Origin: Antedon mediterranea
Lineage: Eukaryota; Animalia; Echinodermata
Length of the DNA: 64,000 nt
Assembly: GCF_964355755.1 (NCBI RefSeq)
Contig: NC_092679.1
Location: 17,095,432 to 17,159,431 of the forward strand
Direction of reading: 5' to 3'
The position numbers were made by a program, and so were the translations under genes. Below are positions 53,101-64,000 of the stretch, in pieces. A model generated the notes under the pieces. The model saw only the letters and a list, made by a program, of their open reading frames with translations, was not told the origin of the DNA and did no database searches. Numbering within the stretch: the stretch's first letter is position 1; every line of letters starts with the position of its first letter.

Positions 53101-56100
53101 AGTATAGCTTATTCATACAACACGTCGTATAAAGCAAAGCCATGACAAAAACCCGCTATTACTCTGTAATTTAGTTAGTGCCCTTTAGTTTCTTTTCTTT
53201 GCTTTGTTGATTCCTCACACTGCATTAGTTTGTTTTTAAATTGTTTTATTACAAACACAAATACCATGGTGGTGGTGGTGGTGGTGGGGGGTATATTCAG
53301 GAAGGCAATGGGATCAAACAACCTCTATAATATTAAAGTATCAAAAAGTATTGTATGATCATTCTGATGGATTTTGTTTATTTTTACTGGTTGTTTTTTA
53401 AATTAGTAGAATACTGTATGGTCAGTTATTCAGTTCCAGATTCAGTTATAAAATTTGTTTTTAGAAATAAGTATGACGGAGTGATTATCAATCATCCTGA
53501 TGGAACGAATCTTTACAAAGGCGTTCCTAAAGACTATACTGGCTTGGTATGTATTTAATTATTTTCTTTTATTACATTAATTTAATCTTTTTAAATTAAG
53601 ATTTGTTTACATGTACTGTATAAAAACAGGGGTCCAGATATGGCTTGTGCACACTGTAAAGAACGCATACTGTAGCATCATTTGTGATGAGGTTTTCTGA
53701 TTCAAATTCAGCCCCTGATGATTACAGCAGTGGTAAGGAATTTTTGGCGTTTACCTGGGGACGGTTAAGCTTGTATTTACATTTTTTTGACGACGATTAC
53801 TATTTGTACACGCATTTAAAATTCATTGTGATTTCTCCGACGACACAAAATCTTGAGTCTAGTTAGCTGGGGCAACATTTTTCATTTTGGCATAGTCCTA
53901 CTTTCTCCTCTACTGCTTACACATATTTTTAACTTTTAGTATGGGCAGTTCATTACAATTTGTTTTGTTTTTTTTGCCTATTTAATTTTAGTGCGTCGGG
54001 CTCTTATCAGTTGATCTCAATCTGCTCCCTAACACAGTGGTGAACCATGTTGGGTCGTTCCACTTTACTAGGAGGTAACTTTCAGACAGTTAACAAAAGC
54101 TTTTAATAAAAGAAAACAAAACAATACAATAGGTACAAAAGAACAATGTTAGAGAACTATTTATTAGGAGACTACTCCCATTAAAATAACTATGGTACAT
54201 TAACAATAAGTATTGTGTAGAAAAAAAAAGCCCAAAAGGGCGGAGGCTGATACAGAAGGTAATAATAGAATATCATACTGAACTACGCCCGATAGGTAAT
54301 CTGTTCCATAGGCATAGTGCGTACACTTAATCTGTTAAATATTAAATTATTTCTATTTTTGTAGCAATCTTCAAATATTGCACAAACAAATAAAAGTAAT
54401 AATAATTTTAGTAGTATACAATTCATTGAAAAATCACCAAAACAAATTTAAAGTGCAGTATAACGGTATGTAAATGCTAACTAGTACAATATGAATATAT
54501 TATATATATTACATAGAGATACTAATAATATAATATTAATTTGACATTAGAAAACAGAAAGGGAAACCATATAGGTCAAATTCAACGTTTTGTGCTACAA
54601 TCCTTTTCCTATTAGTAAAATGGACGAGTCCGCCAATACGGCAAAAGCACGCTGGTGGTTTTCAAATAAACCAAGTGTTTTAAAACTACTTATATAAAAA
54701 AATCTGTTGCCTTATCTTAAATACATTACATTACAAATAAGGGATAATAAACTCTTAACTTTCGTGAAAAAATAAAGCGTTTTGGATAAGTAGTTTTTCA
54801 GCAACTGTAATTCTAGTTGTAACGTTACGTTCTGACTGCTCAGGAAAGGTTGGACGACTTCGAACATTTTCGCCTATCCTTTAACACTAGCCGGTCACTG
54901 ACAAACCAAAACACTGCTTCAAAAAAGGGGCTGTGCCGACGAAGTATCTGAACCAATCACATTTTACTTTAGGTCATTAGAAAGCTTGATTGATTAGCTT
55001 TTGCATGGTGGAACAGCCAATATCATTGGATAACTAGGTCAAACGTTATGAACGTTTTTGTAAAGATCTCAACAAATTGGCAAAACAAGCCTATTCTTTA
55101 ACACAGGGCAATTTTCAAATCGTCTAACTTTAAAAATCAATGCCGACGACGTTTTAAGTTTTTTTAAATTAAAAATAACATGACATCGTAGGTACTTAAT
55201 TAGGCATTACAATGTCGAAACAGCCATAAAAATCGGTCAATTAATAACAAAGTTACATTGAAAAAACCTAAAAAAAATAGCTGTTTTTCGGTGATTTCGT
55301 GCCGTTTAGCGGAAATCGCCCGGATTTTTGGGTACATAAAACAAATTGTAATGCTCTCTTTTCATATTAATATTATTATTATAGTAGCATTGATTTTGTT
55401 TAGGATGTGACTCCAACAAACTTTCTGAATATTCTTCAAGGGAAAAAATCAGAAATGGCATGTATAGGTAGTGGCAAAGTTATAGACAGGTAATATCACA
55501 CGATTTTTATATTTCAGATTTTTTTTCCCAATTGGAAAAGTTACAGTACATGGATTGAGCTTTTGATTTTCAATGAGCATGAAACAAAAATTATGAATAT
55601 TCTCGCATTTATGTTATTAATATTTATAACACACCTGAGTAGATTCTTTCTTTTTTTATTTGATTGGCGGAGTGGGTATGGCATAATATTCAACAGAATA
55701 CTCCAATGAATTCATACGTCACCAATTTTGTTATATGTAAATGCAATTTTGTTAAATTAAATACAAGTTGAATTCTGTTATGTACTATCATTTGTTACTT
55801 ACAATCAGGCTGAGCAACCACGCAAGACACAAAGATCAATTTCGAAAAAGAATGGGAAAATAATATGTGGAGGTGCAGCATTTATGGAGTATATTTACAT
55901 CCCGTGTCAAAATGTCACAACTTATCGCAGTTTTAGCGGGTATTTTAACTATACTGGATGCTAAGCTCATCGCTAAAGGGGATCCCTACAGTACTGTACC
56001 TTAGTTTGATGACAAATAAAAATCCTATTTTCACCTCATGAAATATATTGCTTGCAGTCGTAAATATACATTATTTGTATACTACTGCACAGTGAGTCAA

Positions 56101-59100
56101 CTTTCTGAAACTACAGAGCCAGCTTCTTTTACTAATCACTAATAAATAACACTACTATACTATTACTGTTATTATATCATGATGGTATAGTACTCCTAAA
56201 TGTAATGTTAAGTGTGATTAAAATGATTTTATTTTTATTATTTCATGTTTAGTGGACCCGAAGATAACGTTTTTGTGTATTATACGGGGGACGGGGAAAG
56301 CGGATCCATTTCCTTTCCATATCAGGAATGGGTAAGCATTGCTTAATACATTATCTGGAAATATAAACAATGAAAACTAATTAGTAATAGTCAAATTGGA
56401 TGAAACAATTTTCCTGAATCCTTGGATTTGTTAAATAATTTATCATTGGGCTATGCGATGCAATTTATCGCAATCTACTGGTTGCCAGAAGACAAATTGA
56501 AGTGGATGAATTTGAGAGTTTCAAAGAGTTAGAGTAGACTAGAAGCCTAAAACTAATATCCAATATTATTAGTAATATAGTACTACTAAAATAATTGTTA
56601 CCAAATTAAATTATTATTATTACAGAAAATATAATTATCACTATAATAAAATATTATTTTTACTTGTTAACTGCTGTTAGTGTTAGCTTGGCCGCGGCCA
56701 TTCCGGAGTCCACATTTCAAACTTATTGTCACAAAAGTAATTTTTATTCAGCCTCTGTGTACAGGATCGCAACGAAGGTCATTCAATTACTGAAGCAGGC
56801 AGTCAGAGATAAGCTATGGACTAGTCCATTTCCAGAGGGGGTTAATTAATGCGATGTGCATTTTTCATAGAAAGTGAACATACAAAACATACTATGTATT
56901 ATAAAGTATTCCCTCTAAATTAAACATTTTACAGTATTATTAGAGCATTGCTATAATTTAAATTCATTTAACACAACCACCACTTTACGCTAGCTGCACA
57001 TCCCCGCTCCGGTCTATCCGGTCAACATGGACTGTTCCAAACCTCATAAAAACCCCGATGAACGCTACACAACAGCAGAGGGCTTTGATTGACTAGCATT
57101 TTTAACATACGATTATACAAACAATATACAAGTACACTCAACGATACTTTATCTACAAGTTAATGAAAGCTATATTATACCTACTTAAAATCCAAAAAAG
57201 TAGAAAGAAAACGAAGTATAAATAAGGATAATCAAGTGATAATGTCAGCATAAATACGGACGTAAAACGAGGATTTCAAAATAGCGCGTGTATAAAAGGA
57301 TACAACCAGAATCTTTTGAGAAATCTGACGAGCGAATTCGACGAATCAGAGGCGGTTTCTTAGATATGTTAATCAGAATTAAATAAGGAATCGTTTGCAG
57401 GAACTCCGGTGAAATTCGTAGCCCAATAACGTATTCTACTGAGTTGATTTTGTGAACAAAATTCGCTATAATATCCATACGATGTTTCCGGTTTCACGCA
57501 GTGAAAATGGGCGATAGGCACTCGCGTTCTTTCGTTGTCCGGAAAAATTACTATCATATTTGTAAAAAAATATATATCATTTAAAAGAATATTAAATTTC
57601 CAAACAAATGGAGCAAACTCTGGTGAAAATCGGACCATAGTAAGTGGGTCAAATAATACGAAATATGCTCCAAAACGCTGATTCTCTGTGTTTTCGGTAG
57701 CGGTTGGGGCGTATTGAGCGAATTTTGACACCAAAATAAGTTTGTAATGATTGAATTACTTGGGAGCATACTGTAGTGCCATAGGATAGGAGCTTAGCAA
57801 CATGCAGATCTGCAGTATCTTGCGCAGAGTAGATTATGCGCTATATATCTTTGCTTGACAGTGTAAACAATTTACTGCGGGTCAATTTTATGTGGGTTTT
57901 TTTTTTTAGCTAAAGAAATCTGAATTGAATGAAGCATTGACTTATATGCACAAGGCAATGAAGTATGCAAAGGTATCTGTATTTTAATATATTTCTGAAA
58001 TGTATAATTATTATATTAATATTTGAAGTTTCAATAGCTTATTCAATAAATCTAACATCAAGAAACTTCATCAGGAATAAAAAAATTAAAATAAAATTTA
58101 CACTAGTACAGTGTATACTGTATAGAAAAATGGAAACCATGTAATTGTGCAGACATTACACCCTTAGCAACTTCCTTCCACAACAATATTTTCGAACACC
58201 TGGGAACGCCTAATTGCATAATATAATATCCTCTGTACATATTTTATTGTTCTGTGTATTTTACTTCATGTTTTAACATTTTACTGATTATAATATATTT
58301 TTATATTATGTTGCCATGAGAAAAACCAATTTCAGATCTTTCGTTGACAAACTATTTGACAATAAAAATAATTATCTTGTATCTTGTATAGAAAACCTAA
58401 ACAATTATACTTTTTTTTCACCATATTGACACCACTAAGTTTTTGCTCTTTCAGATGCTATTTTATTTGGATGCAGATTTTGGTGATTCAATGTTTGCCA
58501 ATCTTTCATCTTCAATAAATGTCTTTGCCACTGCTCCTACTGTACGTCAATATGCCTTTTACTACAACAGCACCCTACACGCGTACTTGGGTACTCTGTA
58601 TGGTGTCAGTTGGATGGAAGACTCTGATACGGTTAGTGAAATGAATGAATACATCATGAAAAAAAATATTAAAGGGAAGGATAATTTGTTATCATTGTCA
58701 TATTATTATTTAGAACGACCTTGGTCAAGAAACCTTAGACCATCAATTTGATATAATGCGTAAAAGAATGTATAACCGCCGCGCAAAGAAGTTTCGGACC
58801 GAGAAGTTTGGGGACGAGAAGATGGGTCACCTTAAAGTTGGAGATTTCCAAGGACATGCTGGTAAATCATTACCTTGTGTGGTTTCTACTGACGTAAGTA
58901 AAAGTATCAATATCAATGTTATAAATCACAGTGAACCTACAGTAGCCCATCATACCATTCTCATTGACAATTACCCAAAGGGTCTGTTGAATCGGTGACG
59001 ATTCGACCTGGAGACGATTCAGCCCATTCAACCAACAATGATTGTTAAATTACATTTTTTAGGTATTTATCAAGTTATTATTTAGGTGTTTAAACTACTC

Positions 59101-60353
59101 TTTAATAACATATGATATTGCCAATTTATGTTGATATACAGTATATAATAAGATATATAAAATAAATTACTAAAAAAACTTAATTTTTTATGCAAATATT
59201 ATTTCTTTTTGTGCACTTGCTAAACGGCCAAGAGAGGGTGTAATTTGTTTACATCATTCACGTAGCTAAAAAATGATAATTTTCGGCCATGTTTTAGGCA
59301 TATTTAAAAAATATTTTATTGCATCATTATCCCTAGTACCCGTGTAGTAATACTATCCTATAGTCTCTCTGAGAAAAAGTCTTATAAAATACATATCAAA
59401 GCCGATAAATATAAGTGGGCCGAATTGACCTGTGCATAAGTATAGCTCGTTGTGATTTCATTTTAAAACTTGCAAAAGGCATATTGTTGCTTACAAATTC
59501 CGCAGGAATACCATGTCTCGCGAATTCAAGATTGGAGCATCAACAGTATGATATTCTATTATTGTAAATCTGGCCAATATCAATGACATACTGATTAATG
59601 CACAGACATTATACTGTTTCTGACTTTCAATTGATTAGGCAAATTTTAAAATACATCCTAACAAAAAAAAGAAACATGTTCAGGCCTCTGCTTAAAACAC
59701 CATTTAGAATGCACACATAGTATCTACCAGCACATTTGTACAGTACCTATGGTTTGTTCTATTTCAGCATGAAGTCATGCCATCTCATGAAATACCAATG
59801 GCAATCCTCTATCGTAAGTTGAGCAAAGCAACCTCTGTAGAGCAATCGGAGGGAATCCAGGAGGAAATCCAGAAGAAGTTTGCAGCCATGAAACAAGTAA
59901 GCAACATACACTTTAGCAGAGAGAACAGGTCGCCATTTATGCAATTACTGTATTCTTATCACAGTATTTAACAAGTACATTTTATCATGCTATTGTAGTT
60001 ACACAGCGATATCTATAAAACATTGAAGATGTATTAGGTGGGGGTTGGGAAAGAACTATTAAGAATTATATTTACAGTATCATTACTTACTAGGTCATAC
60101 ACGTATAATTAATTCTCAATAAAAATTTCAATTTTAAATTTTAACTGTTCTTCATACTATACTACTGTATTACATGTAGTAGTATTATAGTTGTTACATG
60201 TTTTGATTTTATACACAAGGTATGCCCTACCAAATTCATAATTTACGGTTACAGTACTTGTGTAACAGTTTATAATGGTGTATACTAAATTTGATTTTCT
60301 TTTTTTCTATTTTCAGAATGCTAAGAGCAATTAACAACGTTTGCAAGAAGTAA
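47177..60353 (+). CDS. Legumain-like copy 3, predicted catalytically dead paralog (~340 aa from MKNWALL); could alternatively be a recent pseudogene
   Basis: Exons 47177-47236, 52891-52988, 53465-53546, 55404-55489, 56253-56331, 57910-57972, 58455-58631, 58714-58893, 59768-59896, 59999-60030, 60317-60353 (1023 nt, open frame, same intron phases as copy 1). FTDHG is changed to YTGDG, EACES to DADFG, and LGDLYS to LGTLYG. Confidence 0.75.
47284..48630 (+). mobile_element. Helentron/HINE-like non-autonomous element in intron 1 of legumain copy 3
   Basis: 5' hairpin TAGGTGATCATTT..AAATGATCACCTA, 3' subterminal AAATGATCACCTA, hairpin AATTCGTCA-AAG-TGACGAATT, CTAG end, and T-rich target. Confidence 0.7.
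49358..50272. mobile_element. TGT...ACA MITE with GGTCCGG subterminal repeats (Ginger-like)
   Basis: TGTCACG ... CGTGACA termini and 4-bp TSD GGTC. Confidence 0.8.
50400..52480 (-). mobile_element. Degenerate CR1/L2-group LINE ORF2 (endonuclease end, linker, RT)
   Basis: [47 protein letters not shown] and MYADDS across several frames. Confidence 0.9.
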
Positions 60354-62355
60354 ATAAGTAAAGTGTTACTGGATTGGAGGAAAATACCTCTTTCTAGACA
60401 CAGGACTATTTCTTAAAATAGCAGCAAACTAATAGCATTTTTTGGGTAATTAGAGGTTTATGTAGTATAGTATATACACAGAAGTTAATATCATTAAACT
60501 AAATTAAAGACCCATTCCCTACAATTTGTGACATTTTGTAAAAATAATGCATATATATTACTTTAAAAACATTAAAACAGGTCATTCATTGTCTTAAATG
60601 TACATTTTGTGGTAAATTATGATAAAAAGAGAGAATGCACTACCTAAGTACTGTAGCTCGCGGTGAATGTACCTCATGTTTTATACACAGAAGTTAATTA
60701 ACTGTTCATTAATAACTTTGATATAAATAACTAAATAATGTTAGTTTAACTTTTAGAGGTTCATTTACAGTATTATACACAGAAGTTAACTAACTAAATT
60801 AATCACAGGAATTATTGCTAAAGCATAGTTTACTGATGAGATGAACCAATAGGGAATAACTCCCATACAATTCCTAATAAGTTTTTCATATGATAAATAA
60901 TATTATATTTGTTTTAATCAGATGTTTAGTATTATACAGTACATGGAATTTAAAATAAAATTAATCATGAATCAAAACACGAATTTAGATTGTTTAAAAC
61001 AATAGGAATTCCATAGGTTCCCTAAGTGTGATGATAATATAAAACTCAGAAACAAGTAAAAAGGGACTATTTGGTTTTGCTTCTGAACTTTTACCAATAA
61101 AGTAATAATCATTAGTAACTACACTAAGGTAATTATTAGTGAATTAAAGGATCAGCCAATATTTGATTGAAATATTAAAATATACTTTAATAAGTACAGT
61201 AAGAGTAACTTCCACCATGTATTTACATGATTTATATCATCATAACAGTATAGCTTTATATCACCATAGAGGAATTATCTTGAAATAATTCCATTTGGAT
61301 CCTAATATTAGTATAGAATAGAAGAGAAATTTTTCTTTTTTGTTGATCCAATAGATTGAAAGTACCAAGTCGTTGTAAGTACCATTTTCAGTACTTTCGA
61401 TCTATTGGATCAATAAAAAGATAAAGATTTCTCTTTTCTATGGAGGAATTACTTGCTTAATTTAAATGCTAAAAAAGATTAAATAAACCATACACTAGAG
61501 ACAATAAATTTTTACTTCTATACTTACAGTATCAAACCATCTAAAAAAAGATCTCATTTCTGGTAATAAGTCACATTTAAGGTTGAATTTAATTTAAATG
61601 AGGATAAAATGATGTATTAGCATTATTATCAACATTTATTTTCCTACCTGAAAATAACAATATAATGCATAATATTTTAACCCAGTGTTTTCGCATTTTA
61701 TATGGATTTATTACATCAATAAAGTTTTTTCATACTATTAAAATTGTTTTTATTTTTATTTATTAAACTTTACAAGCACTAGAGTACTTTGACTTGCAAC
61801 ATAGGCAGAAGTCACTGTATCCCAGGGTCTTAACTAACAGGACACAGATAACAAGCAGTTATACAGACCTGCCCGCCAGCTTACTCAGCAACTCGGTTTT
61901 CGGGGTTTCTTAAAAAAAGGACTCATCAATTCTTCTCCCGATTTAATTTTATATACTATTCAATCCACACATTATACTCCAATGATTTATGAATATATTT
62001 AATTCAGATCTTTGCTAACTACCTTCATGCGCGGTCCGAAAATAAACAAAAAAAGCTAAAATGGCTATCGCAACGAATTTAGTTGAAACCAGGAAGTCGC
62101 AATGTGATGACTCACCAAAGCCGGAACTAAGTTTACCATGCCAATGTTTAAAAATCTACGGATGAAATCCAACATTTTGTTTTAAAATCCTTCATGATAT
62201 CTACCTATTAAAGAGAGAAGAATGGAACAACATCTGCTAAACTGTTGTAGAATACCTATCACGGTACACACAGAACAGCTTGGGTAAGTAACCGACAAGA
62301 GTTGGTGACAAGCGTTTTACATTGTGTCTACCTATTCCAGAAATAAGCACAATTT

Positions 62356-63013
62356 AGAGTGTTGACAAAGTGCGAGGCAGCGAGGCATGCCAAATATTTG
62401 TGCGAGGCATCATTTTATCATTTCCAAAAGTGCAAGGCATGCGAGGCATATAGTTTACAATTTCAAAAAGGTGCAAGGCATATCTTAACGTGCTATTATG
62501 CTATATTATAGGCATAATAATCAATTATTTATATTTGTATAATAATAGGCCTAGCGTATCTAAATAAATTTGTGTATACACTCCACCAAATAATACGTTA
62601 AATACATATAGATTCCACAGAGTTTTTAGCCCTCTAATTAATTTTTCTCTTTTGGCGTTCCATAAACCAAAATATTGAACATTGAGTGTACAGTATGCGA
62701 GAAAAACGTCTGTAAAATCACCAATTTAACGGATTTATTCTTCAATAAAGTAGGCCTACTAATTCTAAGGTGTGGTATTCAGGATAAAGCATGGTTAACA
62801 AATTTTGAAATAAAATACAATGCAGGTGCAAAAGGGAACTAGCCTAATAGCGGGCCTAGGCCTAAGCTACTTCAATTTCGGTGATTTCCTGCCTCGCAAT
62901 TTTGAGAAATGATAAAATGATGCCTTGCATTTTTTGATGATGGTAAAACGATGCCTCGCATAAATGTGTGACTTGCCACGCATGTCTCGCCGACTCGCAC
63001 TTTGTTACTACCC
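62356..63013. mobile_element. hAT-like MITE with GCGAGGCA subterminal repeats
   Basis: ACAAAGTGCGAG inverted ends and an 8-bp flanking repeat CACAATTT. Confidence 0.55.
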
Positions 63014-63912
63014 CACAATTTATATATACAAGAAAAAAAAATAGAGGCTAAACGCCAATGGACACTAACAGGTGAATTGACACTTCTAACTAGCTCAGTT
63101 GATCATCAACAACTGTTTTTGTTTCCAAGCAAATCTTTTAAAATAGTAGGCCTACTATAGAAATATTTTAAACTGCATTCATAAATAAAATAAAAATGTC
63201 ACTGTAATAACCATTCAATTGCAAATTTATAATTTATTAACCAAACACAATGTTTGAAATGTTTTACATACAGAACTTTAATAAATATAACTTTTTTTTT
63301 TGTTTTTAGCAAAAATTTCTTTTCCAAACTTCTATAAATATATACTTCATATTGACAATAAATATCTAACATCAACTTACTTTAAATACTAAACATGGAA
63401 ACAACATTATCTTCAGTACAGTGCATTTGCTTTGAATGGACATGTGAATGAAACTACCGCCTTTTGCAACAAATATGAAATTCCAACAATCCTAAAAATG
63501 TTATTCCATTGTATACATATCGCCAAGACAACGGAAGGAATAGGTTCACGATATTTAAATCAAAATGTTCAAATTTGTGTGTATAGGCAAATTCTTGCTT
63601 TTTGGTGCAGCAAAGTGACATCAAGGCTTATTATTACAAACCGTTATTTAAATATTTTTGAAAATACATTCTAAATTCAAACTACATCATTTAATCAGGG
63701 AGATCTCACTGAATTAATGCCAATTATTAATATATTTTTTAAAGTTATATATTTGATTTTGAACAGTTGTGATATGTAAATCTAAGACCTGAATGTATTT
63801 TTTTAATTAATAAAAAATATTTAGCACAAATATTTCAAATAGCACTGTAGGTACAAAATAATACTTTGGATTTAATTCTATTATCACAGTAGTGTGACAA
63901 TTATTGCATAGT

Positions 63913-63999
63913 TCATTCTTCGCTTTGATACCAGTTTGGCACCAACTGTTCCTCCTCCTCTCTTGCTGTACATCTACGACGTTCAACCTCCATTCCAGG
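63913..63999 (-). CDS. Probable terminal coding exon of an unidentified convergent gene
   Basis: Open frame PGMEVERRRCTAREEEEQLVPNWYQSEE* at the window edge. It is more GC-rich than the AT-rich, 3'UTR-like sequence that follows on the minus strand. Identity unknown. Confidence 0.45.
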   Translation of the reverse strand, partial: PGMEVERRRCTAREEEEQLVPNWYQSEE

Positions 64000-64000
64000 G

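Noticed and set aside
54500-57800. Genes within the short ORFs in copy 3 introns (e.g. 57245-57769)
   Set aside because: No recognisable domains or splice support; probably non-autonomous repeat interiors whose ends I could not define.
47177-60353. Copy 3 as GPI transamidase PIG-K/GPI8
   Set aside because: Its exon structure and intron flanks match the neighbouring legumain, and PIG-K retains the His/Cys dyad.

Overview
AT-rich, intron- and transposon-rich metazoan genomic DNA (invertebrate-like; no prokaryotic features, no CRISPR). The 5' part of a ZFYVE26/spastizin gene (minus strand, 9 exons, 1-7159) lies head-to-head, about 1.3 kb apart, with a tandem cluster of three legumain (peptidase C13) copies on the plus strand. 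Copy 1 (8470-23484) is intact: 12 exons, 433 aa, His-Gly/Ala-Cys dyad present. Copy 2 (24593-41622) is a fragmented pseudogene with an internal duplication. Copy 3 (47011/47177-60353) keeps open frames and splice sites across 11 exons, but both catalytic residues are replaced by Asp, the S1 pocket is altered, most of the C-terminal LSAM prodomain appears deleted in frame, and its signal-anchor is uncoupled by a stop plus frameshift. It is a candidate legumain pseudoenzyme. The introns carry an inverted Penelope-type pair of hammerhead ribozymes, a 37-bp minisatellite amplified from a tRNA-SINE A-box, a 5S-SINE/LINE chimera, Helitron/Helentron elements, several MITE families and many LINE fragments. 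All calls come from manual reading and translation; no database search was run.
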